A stretch of DNA of 64,000 nucleotides from Eledone cirrhosa (Eukaryota), in assembly GCA_964016885.1 (NCBI GenBank), contig OZ024741.1, forward strand, positions 248,124,001 through 248,188,000, given 5' to 3'. Shown here piece after piece: positions 24,001-37,900 of this stretch. The notes below the pieces were generated by a model that was given only the letters and a program-made list of their open reading frames with translations, did no database searches and was not told the DNA's origin. The first letter of the stretch is position 1. Each line of letters starts with the position of its first letter. A program made the translations under genes and the position numbers.

Positions 24001-27000
24001 TTTTTTTACAAATTATCTCCCCCTGATTTTTTTTTACAAATTATCTCCCCCTGATTTTTTTCTTACAAATTATCTCCCCCTGATTTTTTTACAAATTATC
24101 TACCCCTGATTTTTTTTACAATCTCCGCCTGATTTTTTTATAAATTATCTTCCCTTGGCTGGCTGGAAATTATCTCCCCTTGGACACTGGAAATTATAGC
24201 CCCTTGGAGGGCTGGAAATTATCTTCCCTTGGACGGCTGGAAATTATCTACCCCTGATTTCTTTTACAAATTATCTCCCCCTGATTTTTTTTACAAATCT
24301 CCCCCTGATTTTTTAAAAAAAATTATCTCCTCTTCGCTGGCTGGAAATTATCTCCCCTTGGACACTGGAAATTATCGCCCCTTGGAGGGCTGGAAATTAT
24401 CTTCTCTTGGACGGCTGGAAATTATCTCCCCTTGATTTTTTTTACAAATTATCTCCGCCTGATTTTTTTTTAAATTATCTCTCCTTGGACGGCTGGAAAT
24501 TATCTCCCCTTGATTTTTTTACAAATTATTTCCCCCTGATTTCTTTTTACAAATTATCTCCCACTGATTTTTTTTTACAAATTATCTACCCCTGATTTTT
24601 TTTTACAAATTATCTCCCCCTGATTTTTTTTACAAATTATCTCACCCTGATTTTTCTTTTACAAATTATCTCCCCCTGATTTTTTTACAAATTATCTCCC
24701 CCTGATTTTTTTTACAAATTATCTCCGCCTGATTTTTTTAAATATTATCTTCCCTTGGCTGGCGGGAAATTATCTCCCCTTGGACGGCTGGAAATTATCT
24801 GCCCTTGATTTTCTTTTTACAAAATATCTTCCACTGATTTTTTTTACAAATTATCTCCACCTGATTTTTTAAAAAATTATCTCCCCTTCGAAGGCTGGAA
24901 ATTATCTCCCCTTGGCTGGAAATTATCTCCCCTTGCACGGCTAGAAATTATCTCTCTTTGGACGGCTGGAAATTATCACCCCTTGAGTTTTTTTTACAAA
25001 TTATCTCCCCCTGATTTTTTTTACAAATCTCCCAGTGATTTTTTTAAAAAAATTATCCCCCCTTCGCTGGCTGGAAATTATCTCCCCTTGGACGCTGGAA
25101 ATTATAGCCCCTTAGAGGGCTGGAAATTATCTTCCCTTGGACGGCTAGAAATTATCTCCCCTTGATTTTTTTTACAAATTATCTCCCCCTGATTTTTTTT
25201 ACAAATTATCTCCCCCTGATTTTTTTTTACAACTTATCTGCGCCTGATTTTTTTTAAAAAATTATCTCCCCTTGGACGGCTGGAAATTATCTCCCCTTGG
25301 ACGGCTGGAAATTATCTCTCGTTGGACGGCTAGAATTTACCTCTCCTTGGACGGCTGAAAATTATCTCCCCTTGGACGGCTGGAAATTACCTCCCCTTGA
25401 TTTTTTTTACAAATTATCTCCCCCTGATTTTTTTTTACAAATTATTTCCCCCTGATTTTTTTTTACAAATTATCTCCCCCTGATTTTTTTTTACAAATTA
25501 TCTCCCCCTGATTTTTTTTACAAATTATCTCCCCCTGATTTTTTTACAAATTATCTACCCTTGGCTGGCTGGAAATTATCTCCCCTTGGAGGCTGGAACT
25601 TATCTCCCCTTGGACGGCTAGAAATTACCTCTCCTTGGACGGCTGGAAAATATGTCTCCTTGGACGGCTGGAAATTATCTCCCCTTGGACGGCTGGAAAT
25701 TATCTCCCTTGGACGGCTGGAAATTATCTCCCCTTGATTTTTTTTAGAAATTATCTCCCCCTGATTTTTTTTTACAAATTATCTCCCCCTGATTTTTTTT
25801 ACAAATTATCTCCGCCTGATTTTTTTTTAAAAATTATCTCCCCTTGGACGGCTGGAAATTATCTCCCCTTGGACGGCTAGAAATTACCTCTCCTTGGACG
25901 GCTGAAAATTATCTCCACTTGGACGGCTGGAAATTATCTCCCCTTGATTTTTTTACAAATTATCTCCCCCTGATTTTTTTTTACAAATTATCTACCCCTG
26001 ATTTTTTTTTACAAATTATCTACCCCTGATTTTTTTTTACAAATTATCTCCCCCTGATTTTTTTTACAAATTATCTCCCCCTGATTTTTTTTTTACAAAT
26101 TATCTCCCCCTGATTTTTTTACAAATTATCTCCCCCTGATTTTTTTTACAAATTATCTCCGCCTGATTTTTTTAAATATTATCTCTCCTTGGCTGGCGGG
26201 AAATTATCTCCCCTTGGACGGCTGGGAATTATCTCCACTTGGAAGGATGGAAATTATCTCCCCTTGGACGGCTGGAAATTATCTACCCCTGATTTTTTTT
26301 ACAAATTATCTCCCCCTGATTTTTTTTACAAATTATCTCCCCCTGATTTTTTTTTACAAATTATCTACCCCTGATTTTTTTTACAAATTATCTCCCCTGA
26401 TTTTTTTTACAAATTATCTCCCCCTGATTTTTTTTTTACAAATTATCTCCCCCTGATTTTATTACAAATTATCTCCCCCTGATTTTTTTTACAAATTATC
26501 TCCGCCTGATTTTTTAAAATATTATCTTCCCTTGGCTGGCGGGAAATTATCTCCCCTTGGACGGCTGAAAATTATCTCCCCTTGGACGGCTGGAAATTAT
26601 CTCCCCTTGATTTTTTTTACAAATTATCTCCCCCTGATTTTTTTTTACAAATTATCTCCCCCTGATTTTTTTTACAAATTATCTCCCCCTGATTTTTTTT
26701 TACAAATTATCTGCCGCTGATTTTTTTTACAAATTATCTCCCCCTGATTTTTTTACAAATTATCTCCCCTTGGCTGGCTGGAAATTACCTCCCCTTGGAG
26801 GCTGGAATTTATCTCCCCTTGGACGGCTAGAAATTACCTCTCCTTGGACGGCTGGAAAATATGTCTCCTTGGACGGCTGGATATTATCTCCCCTTGGACG
26901 GCTGGAAATTATCTCCCCTTGGACGGCTGGAAATTATCTCCCCTTGGACGGATAGATATTACCTCCCCTTGGACGGCTGGAAATTATCTCCCCTTGATTT

Positions 27001-30000
27001 TTTTTACAAATTATCTCCCCCTGATTTTTTTTACAAATCTCCCAATGATTTTTTAAAAAAATTATCTCCCCTTCGCTGGCTGGAAATTATCTCCCCTTGG
27101 ACGCTGGAAATTATAGCCCCTTGGAGGGCTGGAAATTATCTTCCCTTGGACGGTTGGAAATTATCTCCCCTTGATTTTTTTTTACAAATTATCTCCCCCT
27201 GATTTTTTTTTACAAATTATCTCCCCCTGATTTTTTTTTACAAATTATCTCCCCCTGATTTTTTTTTTTACAAATTATCTCCGCCTGATTTTTTAAAAAA
27301 ATTGTCTCCCCTTGGACGGCTGGAAATTATCTCCCCATGGACGGCTGGAAATTATCTCCCCTTGGACGGCTAGAAATTATCTCTCCTTGGACGGCTGAAA
27401 ATTATCTCCCCTTGGACGGCTGCAAATTATCTCCCCTTGATTTTTTTTATAAATTATCTCCCCCTGATTTTTTTTACAAATTATCTCCCCCTGATTTTTT
27501 TTACAAATTATCTACCCCTGATTTTTTTTACAAATTATCTCCCCCTGATTTTTTTTTACAAATTATCTACCCCTGATTTTTTTTTACAAATTATCTCCCC
27601 CTGATTTTTTTTTTACAAATTATCTTCCCCTGATTTTTTTACAAATTATCCCCCCCTGATTTTTTTTACAATCTCCGCCTGATTTTTTTAAAAATTATCT
27701 TCCCTTGGCTGGCGGGAAATTATCTCCCCTTGGACGGCTGGAAATTATCTCCCCTTGGAAGGATGGAAATTATCTCCCCTTGGACGGCTGGAAATTATCT
27801 CCCCTTGCACGGCTGGAAATTATCTCCCCTTGGCTGGAAATTATCTCCCCTTGGACGGCTAGAAATTATCTCTCTTTGGACGGCTGGAAATTATCACCCC
27901 TTGAGTTTTTTTACAAATTATCTCCCCCTGATTTTTTTTACAAATCTCCCAGTGATTTTTTAAAAAAAATTATCTCCCCTTGGACGGCTGGAAATTATCT
28001 TCCCTTGGACGGCTGGAAATTATCTATCCTTGGACGGCTAGAATTTACCTCTCCTTGGACGGCTGGAAAATATGTCTCCTTGGACGGCTGGAAATTATCT
28101 CCCCTTGGACGGCTGGAAATTATCTCCCTTGGACGGCTGGAAATTATCTCCCCTTGATTTTTTTTAGAAATTATCTCCCCCTGATTTTTTTTTACAAATT
28201 ATCTCCCCCTGATTTTTTTTACAAATTATCTCCGCCTGATTTTTTTTTAAAAATTATCTCCCCTTGGACGGCTGGAAATTATCTCCCCTTGGACGGCTAG
28301 AAATTACCTCTCCTTGGACGGCTGAAAATTATCTCCACTTGGACGGCTGGAAATTATCTCCCCTTGATTTTTTTACAAATTATCTCCCCCTGATTTTTTT
28401 TTACAAATTATCTACCCCTGATTTTTTTTTACAAATTATCTACCCCTGATTTTTTTTTACAAATTATCTCCCCCTGATTTTTTTTACAAATTATCTCCCC
28501 CTGATTTTTTTTTTACAAATTATCTCCCCCTGATTTTTTTACAAATTATCTCCCCCTGATTTTTTTTACAAATTATCTCCGCCTGATTTTTTTAAATATT
28601 ATCTCTCCTTGGCTGGCGGGAAATTATCTCCCCTTGGACGGCTGGGAATTATCTCCACTTGGAAGGATGGAAATTATCTCCCCTTGGACGGCTGGAAATT
28701 ATCTACCCCTGATTTTTTTTACAAATTATCTCCCCCTGATTTTTTTTACAAATTATCTCCCCCTGATTTTTTTTTACAAATTATCTACCCCTGATTTTTT
28801 TTACAAATTATCTCCCCTGATTTTTTTTACAAATTATCTCCCCCTGATTTTTTTTTTACAAATTATCTCCCCCTGATTTTATTACAAATTATCTCCCCCT
28901 GATTTTTTTTACAAATTATCTCCGCCTGATTTTTTAAAATATTATCTTCCCTTGGCTGGCGGGAAATTATCTCCCCTTGGACGGTTGAAAATTATCTCCC
29001 CTTGGACGGCTGGAAACTATCTCCCCTTGATTTTTTTTACAAATTATCTCCCCCTGATTTTTTTTTACAAATTATCTCCCCCTGATTTTTTTTACAAATT
29101 ATCTCCCCCTGATTTTTTTTTACAAATTATCTGCCGCTGATTTTTTTTACAAATTATCTCCCCCTGATTTTTTTACAAATTATCTCCCCTTGGCTGGCTG
29201 GAAATTACCTCCCCTTGGAGGCTGGAATTTATCTCCCCTTGGACGGCTAGAAATTACCTCTCCTTGGACGGCTGGAAAATATGTCTCCTTGGACGGCTGG
29301 ATATTATCTCCCCTTGGACGGCTGGAAATTATCTCCCCTTGGACGGCTGGAAATTATCTCCCCTTGGACGGATAGATATTACCTCCCCTTGGACGGCTGG
29401 AAATTATCTCCCCTTGATTTTTTTTACAAATTATCTCCCCCTGATTTTTTTTACAAATCTCCCAATGATTTTTTAAAAAAATTATCTCCCCTTCGCTGGC
29501 TGGAAATTATCTCCCCTTGGACGCTGGAAATTATAGCCCCTTGGAGGGCTGGAAATTATCTTCCCTTGGACGGTTGGAAATTATCTCCCCTTGATTTTTT
29601 TTTACAAATTATCTCCCCCTGATTTTTTTTTACAAATTATCTCCCCCTGATTTTTTTTTACAAATTATCTCCCCCTGATTTTTTTTTTTACAAATTATCT
29701 CCGCCTGATTTTTTAAAAAAATTGTCTCCCCTTGGACGGCTGGAAATTATCTCCCCATGGACGGCTGGAAATTATCTCCCCTTGGACGGCTAGAAATTAT
29801 CTCTCCTTGGACGGCTGAAAATTATCTCCCCTTGGACGGCTGCAAATTATCTCCCCTTGATTTTTTTTATAAATTATCTCCCCCTGATTTTTTTTACAAA
29901 TTATCTCCCCCTGATTTTTTTTACAAATTATCTACCCCTGATTTTTTTTACAAATTATCTCCCCCTGATTTTTTTTACAAATTATCTACCCCTGATTTTT

Positions 30001-32270
30001 TTTTACAAATTATCTCCCCCTGATTTTTTTTTTACAAATTATCTTCCCCTGATTTTTTTACAAATTATCCCCCCCTGATTTTTTTTACAATCTCCGCCTG
30101 ATTTTTTTAAAAATTATCTTCCCTTGGCTGGCGGGAAATTATCTCCCCTTGGACGGCTGGAAATTATCTCCCCTTGGAAGGATGGAAATTATCTCCCCTT
30201 GGACGGCTGGAAATTATCTCCCCTTGCACGGCTGGAAATTATCTCCCCTTGGCTGGAAATTATCTCCCCTTGGACGGCTAGAAATTATCTCTCTTTGGAC
30301 GGCTGGAAATTATCACCCCTTGAGTTTTTTTACAAATTATCTCCCCCTGATTTTTTTTACAAATCTCCCAGTGATTTTTTAAAAAAAATTATCTCCCCTT
30401 GGACGGCTGGAAATTATCTTCCCTTGGACGGCTGGAAATTATCTATCCTTGGACGGCTAGAATTTACCTCTCCTTGGACGGCTGGAAAATATGTCTCCTT
30501 GGACGGCTGGATATTATCTCCCCTTGGACGGCTGGAAATTATCTCCCCTTGGACGGCTGGAAATTATCTCCCCTTGGATGGCTAGATATTACCTCCCCTT
30601 GGACGGCTGGAAATTATCTCCCCTTGATTTTTTTTACAAATTATCTCCCCCTGATTTTTTTTACAAATTATCTCCCCCTGATTTTTGTTTACAAATTATC
30701 TCCGCCTGATTTTTTTTTAAAAATTATCTCCCCTTGGACGGCTGGAAATTATCTCCCCTTGCACGGCTGGAAATTATATCTCCTTGGACGGCTAGAATTT
30801 ACCTCTCCTTGGACGGCTGAAAATTATCTCCCCTTGGACGGCTGGAAATTAACTCCCCTTGATTTTTTTTACAAATTATCTCCCCCTGATTTTTTTTTAC
30901 AAATTATCTCCCCCTGATTTTTTTACAAATTATCTCCCCTTGGCTGGCTGGAAATTATCTCCCCTTGGAGGCTGGAACTTATCTCCCCTTGGACGGCTAG
31001 AAATTACCTCTCCTTGGACGGCTGGAAAATATGTCTCCTTGGACGGCTGGATATTATCTCCCCTTGGACGGCTGGAAATTATCTCCCCTTGGACGGCTGG
31101 AAATTATCTCCCCTTGGATGGCTAGATATTACCTCCCCTTGGACGGCTGGAAATTATCTCCCTTTGATTTTTTTTACAAATTATCTCCCCCTGATTTTTT
31201 TTACAAATTATCTCCCCCTGATTTTTGTTTACAAATTATCTCCGCCTGATTTTTTTTTAAAAATTATCTCCCCTTGGACGGCTGGAAATTATCTCCCCTT
31301 GGACGGCTAGAAATTACCTCTCCTTGGACGGCTGAAAATTATCTCCCCTTGGACGGCTGGAAATTATCTCCCCTTGATTTTTTTACAAATTATCTCCCCC
31401 TGATTTTTTTTTACAAATTATCTCCCCCTGATTTTTTTTTACAAATTATCTACCCCTGATTTTTTTTTACAAATTATCTCCCCCTGATTTTTTTTACAAA
31501 TTATCTCCCCCTGATTTTTTTTTTACAAATTATCTCCCCCTGATTTTTTTACAAATTATCTCCCCCTGATTTTTTTTACAAATTATCTCCGCCTGATTTT
31601 TTTAAATATTATCTCTCCTTGGCTGGCGGGAAATTATCTCCCCTTGGACGGCTGGAAATTATCTCCCCTTGGAAGGATGGAAATTATCTCCCCTTGGACG
31701 GCTGGAAATTATCTACCCCTGCTTTTTTTTACAAATTATCTCCCCCTGATTTTTTTTACAAATTATCTCCCCCTGATTTTTTTTACAAATTATCTACCCC
31801 TGATTTTTTTTACAAATTATCTCCCCCTGATTTTTTTTACAAATTATCTCCCCCTGATTTTTTTTTTACAAATTATCTCCCCCTGATTTTTTTACAAATT
31901 ATCTCCCCCTGATTTTTTTTACAAATTATCTCCGCCTGATTTTTTTAAATATTATCTTCCTTTGGCTGGCGGGAAATTATCTCCCCTTGGACGGCTGAAA
32001 ATTATCTCCCCTTGGACGGCTGGAAATTATCTCCCCTTGATTTTTTTTACAAATTATCTCCCCCTGATTTTTTTTTACAAATTATCTCCCCCTGATTTTT
32101 TTTACAAATTATCTCCCCCTGATTTTTTTTTACAAATTATCTTCCCCTGATTTTTTTACAAATTATCTCCCCCTGATTTTTTTTACAAATTATCTCCGCC
32201 TGATTTTTTAAAATATTATCTTCCCTTGGCTGGCGGGAAATTATCTCCCCTTGGACGGCTGGAAATTATC
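18060..32270 (+). repeat. ~5.9-kb higher-order repeat, two copies (the second carries an internal 2420-bp duplication)
   Basis: ORF-track offsets are 18492/24407 and 19068/24983 (5915), and 19900/25844, 20245/26189, 20826/26770 and 21761/27705 (5944). Translations are essentially identical. Confidence 0.9.
25630..30510 (+). repeat. 2420-bp near-perfect tandem duplication
   Basis: ORFs 25844/28264, 26189/28609, 26532/28952, 26770/29190 and 27337/29757 are all offset by 2420. The junction lies within the shared CCTCTCCTTGGACGGCTGGAAAATATGTCTCC word at about 28048-28092. Confidence 0.92.
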
Positions 32271-34975
32271 TGCCCTTGATTTTCTTTTTACAAATTATCG
32301 TCCACTGATTTTTTTTACAAATTATCTCCCCTTGGAAGGCTGGAAATTATAGCCCCTTGGAGGGCTGGAAATTATCTTCCCTTGGACGGCTGGAAATTAT
32401 CTCCCCTTGATTTTTTTTACAAATTATCTCCCCCTGATTTTTTTTACAAATCTCCCAGTGATTTTTTTAAAAAAATTATCTCCCTTTCGCTGGCTGGAAA
32501 TTATCTCCCCTTGGACGCTGGAAATTATAGCCCCTTGAAGGGCTGGAAATTATCTTCCCTTGGACGGCTGGAAATTATCTTCCCTTGATTTTTTTACATA
32601 TTATCTCCCCCTGATTTTTTTTTTACAAATTATCTCCGCCTGATTTTTTTTTAAAAATTATCTCCCCTTGGACGGCTGGAAATTATCTCCCCTTGAACGG
32701 CTGGAAATTATCTCCCCTTGGACGGCTAGAAATTACCTCTCCTTGGACGGCTGAAAATTATCTCCCCCTGATTTTTTTTTACAAATTATCTCCACCTGAT
32801 TTTTTAAAAAATTATCTCCCCTTCGAAGGCTGGAAATTATCTCCCCTTGGCTGGAAATTATCTCCCCTTGGACGGCTAGAAATTATCTCTCTTTGGACGG
32901 CTGGAAATTATCACCCCTTGAGTTTTTTTTACAAATTATCTCCCCCTGATTTTTTTTACAAATCTCCCAGTGATTTTTTAAAAAAAATTATCCCCCCTTC
33001 GCTGGCTGGAAATTATCTCCCCTTGGACGCTGGAAATTATAGCCCCTTAGAGGGCTGGAAATTATCTTCCCTTGGACGGCTAGAAATTATCTCCCCTTGA
33101 TTTTTTTTACAAATTATCTCCCCCTGATTTTTTTTACAAATTATCTCCCCCTGATTTTTTTTACAACTTATCTGCGCCTGATTTTTTTTAAAAAATTATC
33201 TCCCCTTGGACGGCTGGAAATTATCTCCCCTTGGACGGCTGGAAATTATCTCTCCTTGGACGGCTAGAATTTACCTCTCCTTGGACGGCTGAAAATTATC
33301 TCCCCTTGGACGGCTGGAAATTACCTCCCCTTGATTTTTTTTACAAATTATCTCCCCCTGATTTTTTTTTACAAATTATTTCCCCCTGATTTTTTTTACA
33401 AATTATCTCCCCCTGATTTTTTTTACAAATTATCTCCCCCTGATTTTTTTTTTACAAATTATCTCCCCCTGATTTTTTTACAAATTATCTCCCCCTGATT
33501 TTTTTTACAAATTATCTCCGCCTGATTTTTTTAAATATTATCTTCCTTTGGCTGGCGGGAAATTATCTCCCCTTGGACGGCTGAAAATTATCTCCCCTTG
33601 GACGGCTGGAAATTATCTCCCCTTGATTTTTTTACAAATTATCTCCCCCTGATTTTTTTTTACAAATTATCTCCCCCTGATTTTTTTTACAAATTATCTC
33701 CCCCTGATTTTTTTTTACAAATTATCTTCCCCTGATTTTTTTACAAATTATCTCCCCCTGATTTTTTTTACAAATTATCTCCGCCTGATTTTTTAAAATA
33801 TTATCTTCCCTTGGCTGGCGGGAAATTATCTCCCCTTGGACGGCTGGAAATTATCTGCCCTTGATTTTCTTTTTACAAATTATCGTCCACTGATTTTTTT
33901 TACAAATTATCTCCCCTTGGAAGGCTGGAAATTATAGCCCCTTGGAGGGCTGGAAATTATCTTCCCTTGGACGGCTGGAAATTATCTCCCCTTGATTTTT
34001 TTTACAAATTATCTCCCCCTGATTTTTTTTACAAATCTCCCAGTGATTTTTTTAAAAAAATTATCTCCCTTTCGCTGGCTGGAAATTATCTCCCCTTGGA
34101 CGCTGGAAATTATAGCCCCTTGAAGGGCTGGAAATTATCTTCCCTTGGACGGCTGGAAATTATCTTCCCTTGATTTTTTTACATATTATCTCCCCCTGAT
34201 TTTTTTTTTACAAATTATCTCCGCCTGATTTTTTTTTAAAAATTATCTCCCCTTGGACGGCTGGAAATTATCTCCCCTTGAACGGCTGGAAATTATCTCC
34301 CCTTGGACGGCTAGAAATTACCTCTCCTTGGACGGCTGAAAATTATCTCCCCCTGATTTTTTTTTACAAATTATCTCCACCTGATTTTTTAAAAAATTAT
34401 CTCCCCTTCGAAGGCTGGAAATTATCTCCCCTTGGCTGGAAATTATCTCCCCTTGGACGGCTAGAAATTATCTCTCTTTGGACGGCTGGAAATTATCACC
34501 CCTTGAGTTTTTTTTACAAATTATCTCCCCCTGATTTTTTTTACAAATCTCCCAGTGATTTTTTAAAAAAAATTATCCCCCCTTCGCTGGCTGGAAATTA
34601 TCTCCCCTTGGACGCTGGAAATTATAGCCCCTTAGAGGGCTGGAAATTATCTTCCCTTGGACGGCTAGAAATTATCTCCCCTTGATTTTTTTTACAAATT
34701 ATCTCCCCCTGATTTTTTTTACAAATTATCTCCCCCTGATTTTTTTTACAACTTATCTGCGCCTGATTTTTTTTAAAAAATTATCTCCCCTTGGACGGCT
34801 GGAAATTATCTCCCCTTGGACGGCTGGAAATTATCTCTCCTTGGACGGCTAGAATTTACCTCTCCTTGGACGGCTGAAAATTATCTCCCCTTGGACGGCT
34901 GGAAATTACCTCCCCTTGATTTTTTTTACAAATTATCTCCCCCTGATTTTTTTTTACAAATTATTTCCCCCTGAT
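31795..34975 (+). repeat. 1585-bp near-perfect tandem duplication
   Basis: ORFs 32382/33967 and 32693/34278 are identical at offset 1585. Shared rare variants are ATCGTCCACTG, TTACATATT and TTGAAGGGC. The junction lies in a B run at about 33380-33400. Confidence 0.92.
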
Positions 34976-37900
34976 TTTTTTTTACAAATTATCTCCCCCT
35001 GATTTTTTTTTACAAATTATCTCCCCCTGATTTTTTTTACAAATTATCTCCCCCTGATTTTTTTACAAATTATCTACCCTTGGCTGGCTGGAAATTATCT
35101 CCCCTTGGAGGCTGGAACTTATCTCCCCTTGGACGGCTAGAAATTACCTCTCCTTGGACGGCTGGAAAATATGTCTCCTTGGACGGCTGGAAATTATCTC
35201 CCCTTGGACGGCTGGAAATTATCTCCCTTGGACGGCTGGAAATTATCTCCCCTTGGACGGCTGGAAATTATCTCCCCTTGGACGGCTAGAAATTACCTCT
35301 CCTTGGACGGCTGAAAATTATCTCCACTTGGACGGCTGGAAATTATCTCCCCTTGATTTTTTTACAAATTATCTCCCCCTGATTTTTTTTTACAAATTAT
35401 CTCCCCCTGATTTTTTTTTACAAATTATCTACCCCTGATTTTTTTTTACAAATTATCTCCCCCTGATTTTTTTTACAAATTATCTCCCCCTGATTTTTTT
35501 TTTACAAATTATCTCCCCCTGATTTTTTTACAAATTATCTCCCCCTGATTTTTTTTACAAATTATCTCCGCCTGATTTTTTTAAATATTATCTCTCCTTG
35601 GCTGGCGGGAAATTATCTCCCCTTGGACGGCTGGAAATTATCTCCCCTTGGAAGGATGGAAATTATCTCCCCTTGGACGGCTGGAAATTATCTACCCCTG
35701 CTTTTTTTTACAAATTATCTCCCCCTGATTTTTTTTACAAATTATCTCCCCCTGATTTTTTTTACAAATTATCTACCCCTGATTTTTTTTACAAATTATC
35801 TCCCCCTGATTTTTTTTACAAATTATCTCCCCCTGATTTTTTTTTTACAAATTATCTCCCCCTGATTTTTTTACAAATTATCTCCCCCTGATTTTTTTTA
35901 CAAATTATCTCCGCCTGATTTTTTTAAATATTATCTTCCTTTGGCTGGCGGGAAATTATCTCCCCTTGGACGGCTGAAAATTATCTCCCCTTGGACGGCT
36001 GGAAATTATCTCCCCTTGATTTTTTTTACAAATTATCTCCCCCTGATTTTTTTTTACAAATTATCTCCCCCTGATTTTTTTTACAAATTATCTCCCCCTG
36101 ATTTTTTTTTACAAATTATCTTCCCCTGATTTTTTTACAAATTATCTCCCCCTGATTTTTTTTACAAATTATCTCCGCCTGATTTTTTAAAATATTATCT
36201 TCCCTTGGCTGGCGGGAAATTATCTCCCCTTGGACGGCTGGAAATTATCTCCCCTTGATTTTTTTTACAAATTATCTCCCCCTGATTTTTTTTTACAAAT
36301 TATCTCCCCCTGATTTTTTTTTACAAATTATCTCCCCCTGAATTTTTTCTTACAAATTATCTCCCCCTGATTTTTTTACAAATTATCTACCCCTGATTTT
36401 TTTTACAATCTCCGCCTGATTTTTTTATAAATTATCTTCCCTTGGCTGGCTGGAAATTATCTCCCCTTGGACACTGGAAATTATAGCCCCTTGGAGGGCT
36501 GGAAATTATCTTCCCTTGGACGGCTGGAAATTATCTACCCCTGATTTCTTTTACAAATTATCTCCCCCTGATTTTTTTTACAAATCTCCCCCTGATTTTT
36601 TAAAAAAAATTATCTCCTCTTCGCTGGCTGGAAATTATCTCCCCTTGGACACTGGAAATTATCGCCCCTTGGAGGGCTGGAAATTATCTTCTCTTGGACG
36701 GCTGGAAATTATCTCCCCTTGATTTTTTTTACAAATTATCTCCGCCTGATTTTTTTTAAAATTATCTCTCCTTGGACGGCTGGAAATTATCTCCCCTTGA
36801 TTTTTTTACAAATTATTTCCCCCTGATTTCTTTTTACAAATTATCTCCCACTGATTTTTTTTTACAAATTATCTACCCCTGATTTTTTTTTACAAATTAT
36901 CTCCCCCTGATTTTTTTTACAAATTATCTCACCCTGATTTTTCTTTTACAAATTATCTCCCCCTGATTTTTTTACAAATTATCTCCCCCTGATTTTTTTT
37001 ACAAATTATCTCCGCCTGATTTTTTTAAATATTATCTTCCCTTGGCTGGCGGGAAATTATCTCCCCTTGGACGGCTGGAAATTATCTGCCCTTGATTTTC
37101 TTTTTACAAAATATCTTCCACTGATTTTTTTTACAAATTATCTCCACCTGATTTTTTAAAAAATTATCTCCCCTTCGAAGGCTGGAAATTATCTCCCCTT
37201 GGCTGGAAATTATCTCCCCTTGGACGGCTAGAAATTATCTCTCTTTGGACGGCTGGAAATTATCACCCCTTGAGTTTTTTTTACAAATTATCTCCCCCTG
37301 ATTTTTTTTACAAATCTCCCAGTGATTTTTTAAAAAAAATTATCCCCCCTTCGCTGGCTGGAAATTATCTCCCCTTGGACGCTGGAAATTATAGCCCCTT
37401 AGAGGGCTGGAAATTATCTTCCCTTGGACGGCTAGAAATTATCTCCCCTTGATTTTTTTTACAAATTATCTCCCCCTGATTTTTTTTACAAATTATCTCC
37501 CCCTGATTTTTTTTTACAACTTATCTGCGCCTGATTTTTTTTAAAAAATTATCTCCCCTTGGACGGCTGGAAATTATCTCTCCTTGGACGGCTAGAATTT
37601 ACCTCTCCTTGGACGGCTGAAAATTATCTCCCCTTGGACGGCTGGAAATTACCTCCCCTTGATTTTTTTTACAAATTATCTCCCCCTGATTTTTTTTTAC
37701 AAATTATTTCCCCCTGATTTTTTTTTACAAATTATCTCCCCCTGATTTTTTTTTACAAATTATCTCCCCCTGATTTTTTTTACAAATTATCTCCCCCTGA
37801 TTTTTTTACAAATTATCTACCCTTGGCTGGCTGGAAATTATCTCCCCTTGGAGGCTGGAACTTATCTCCCCTTGGACGGCTAGAAATTACCTCTCCTTGG

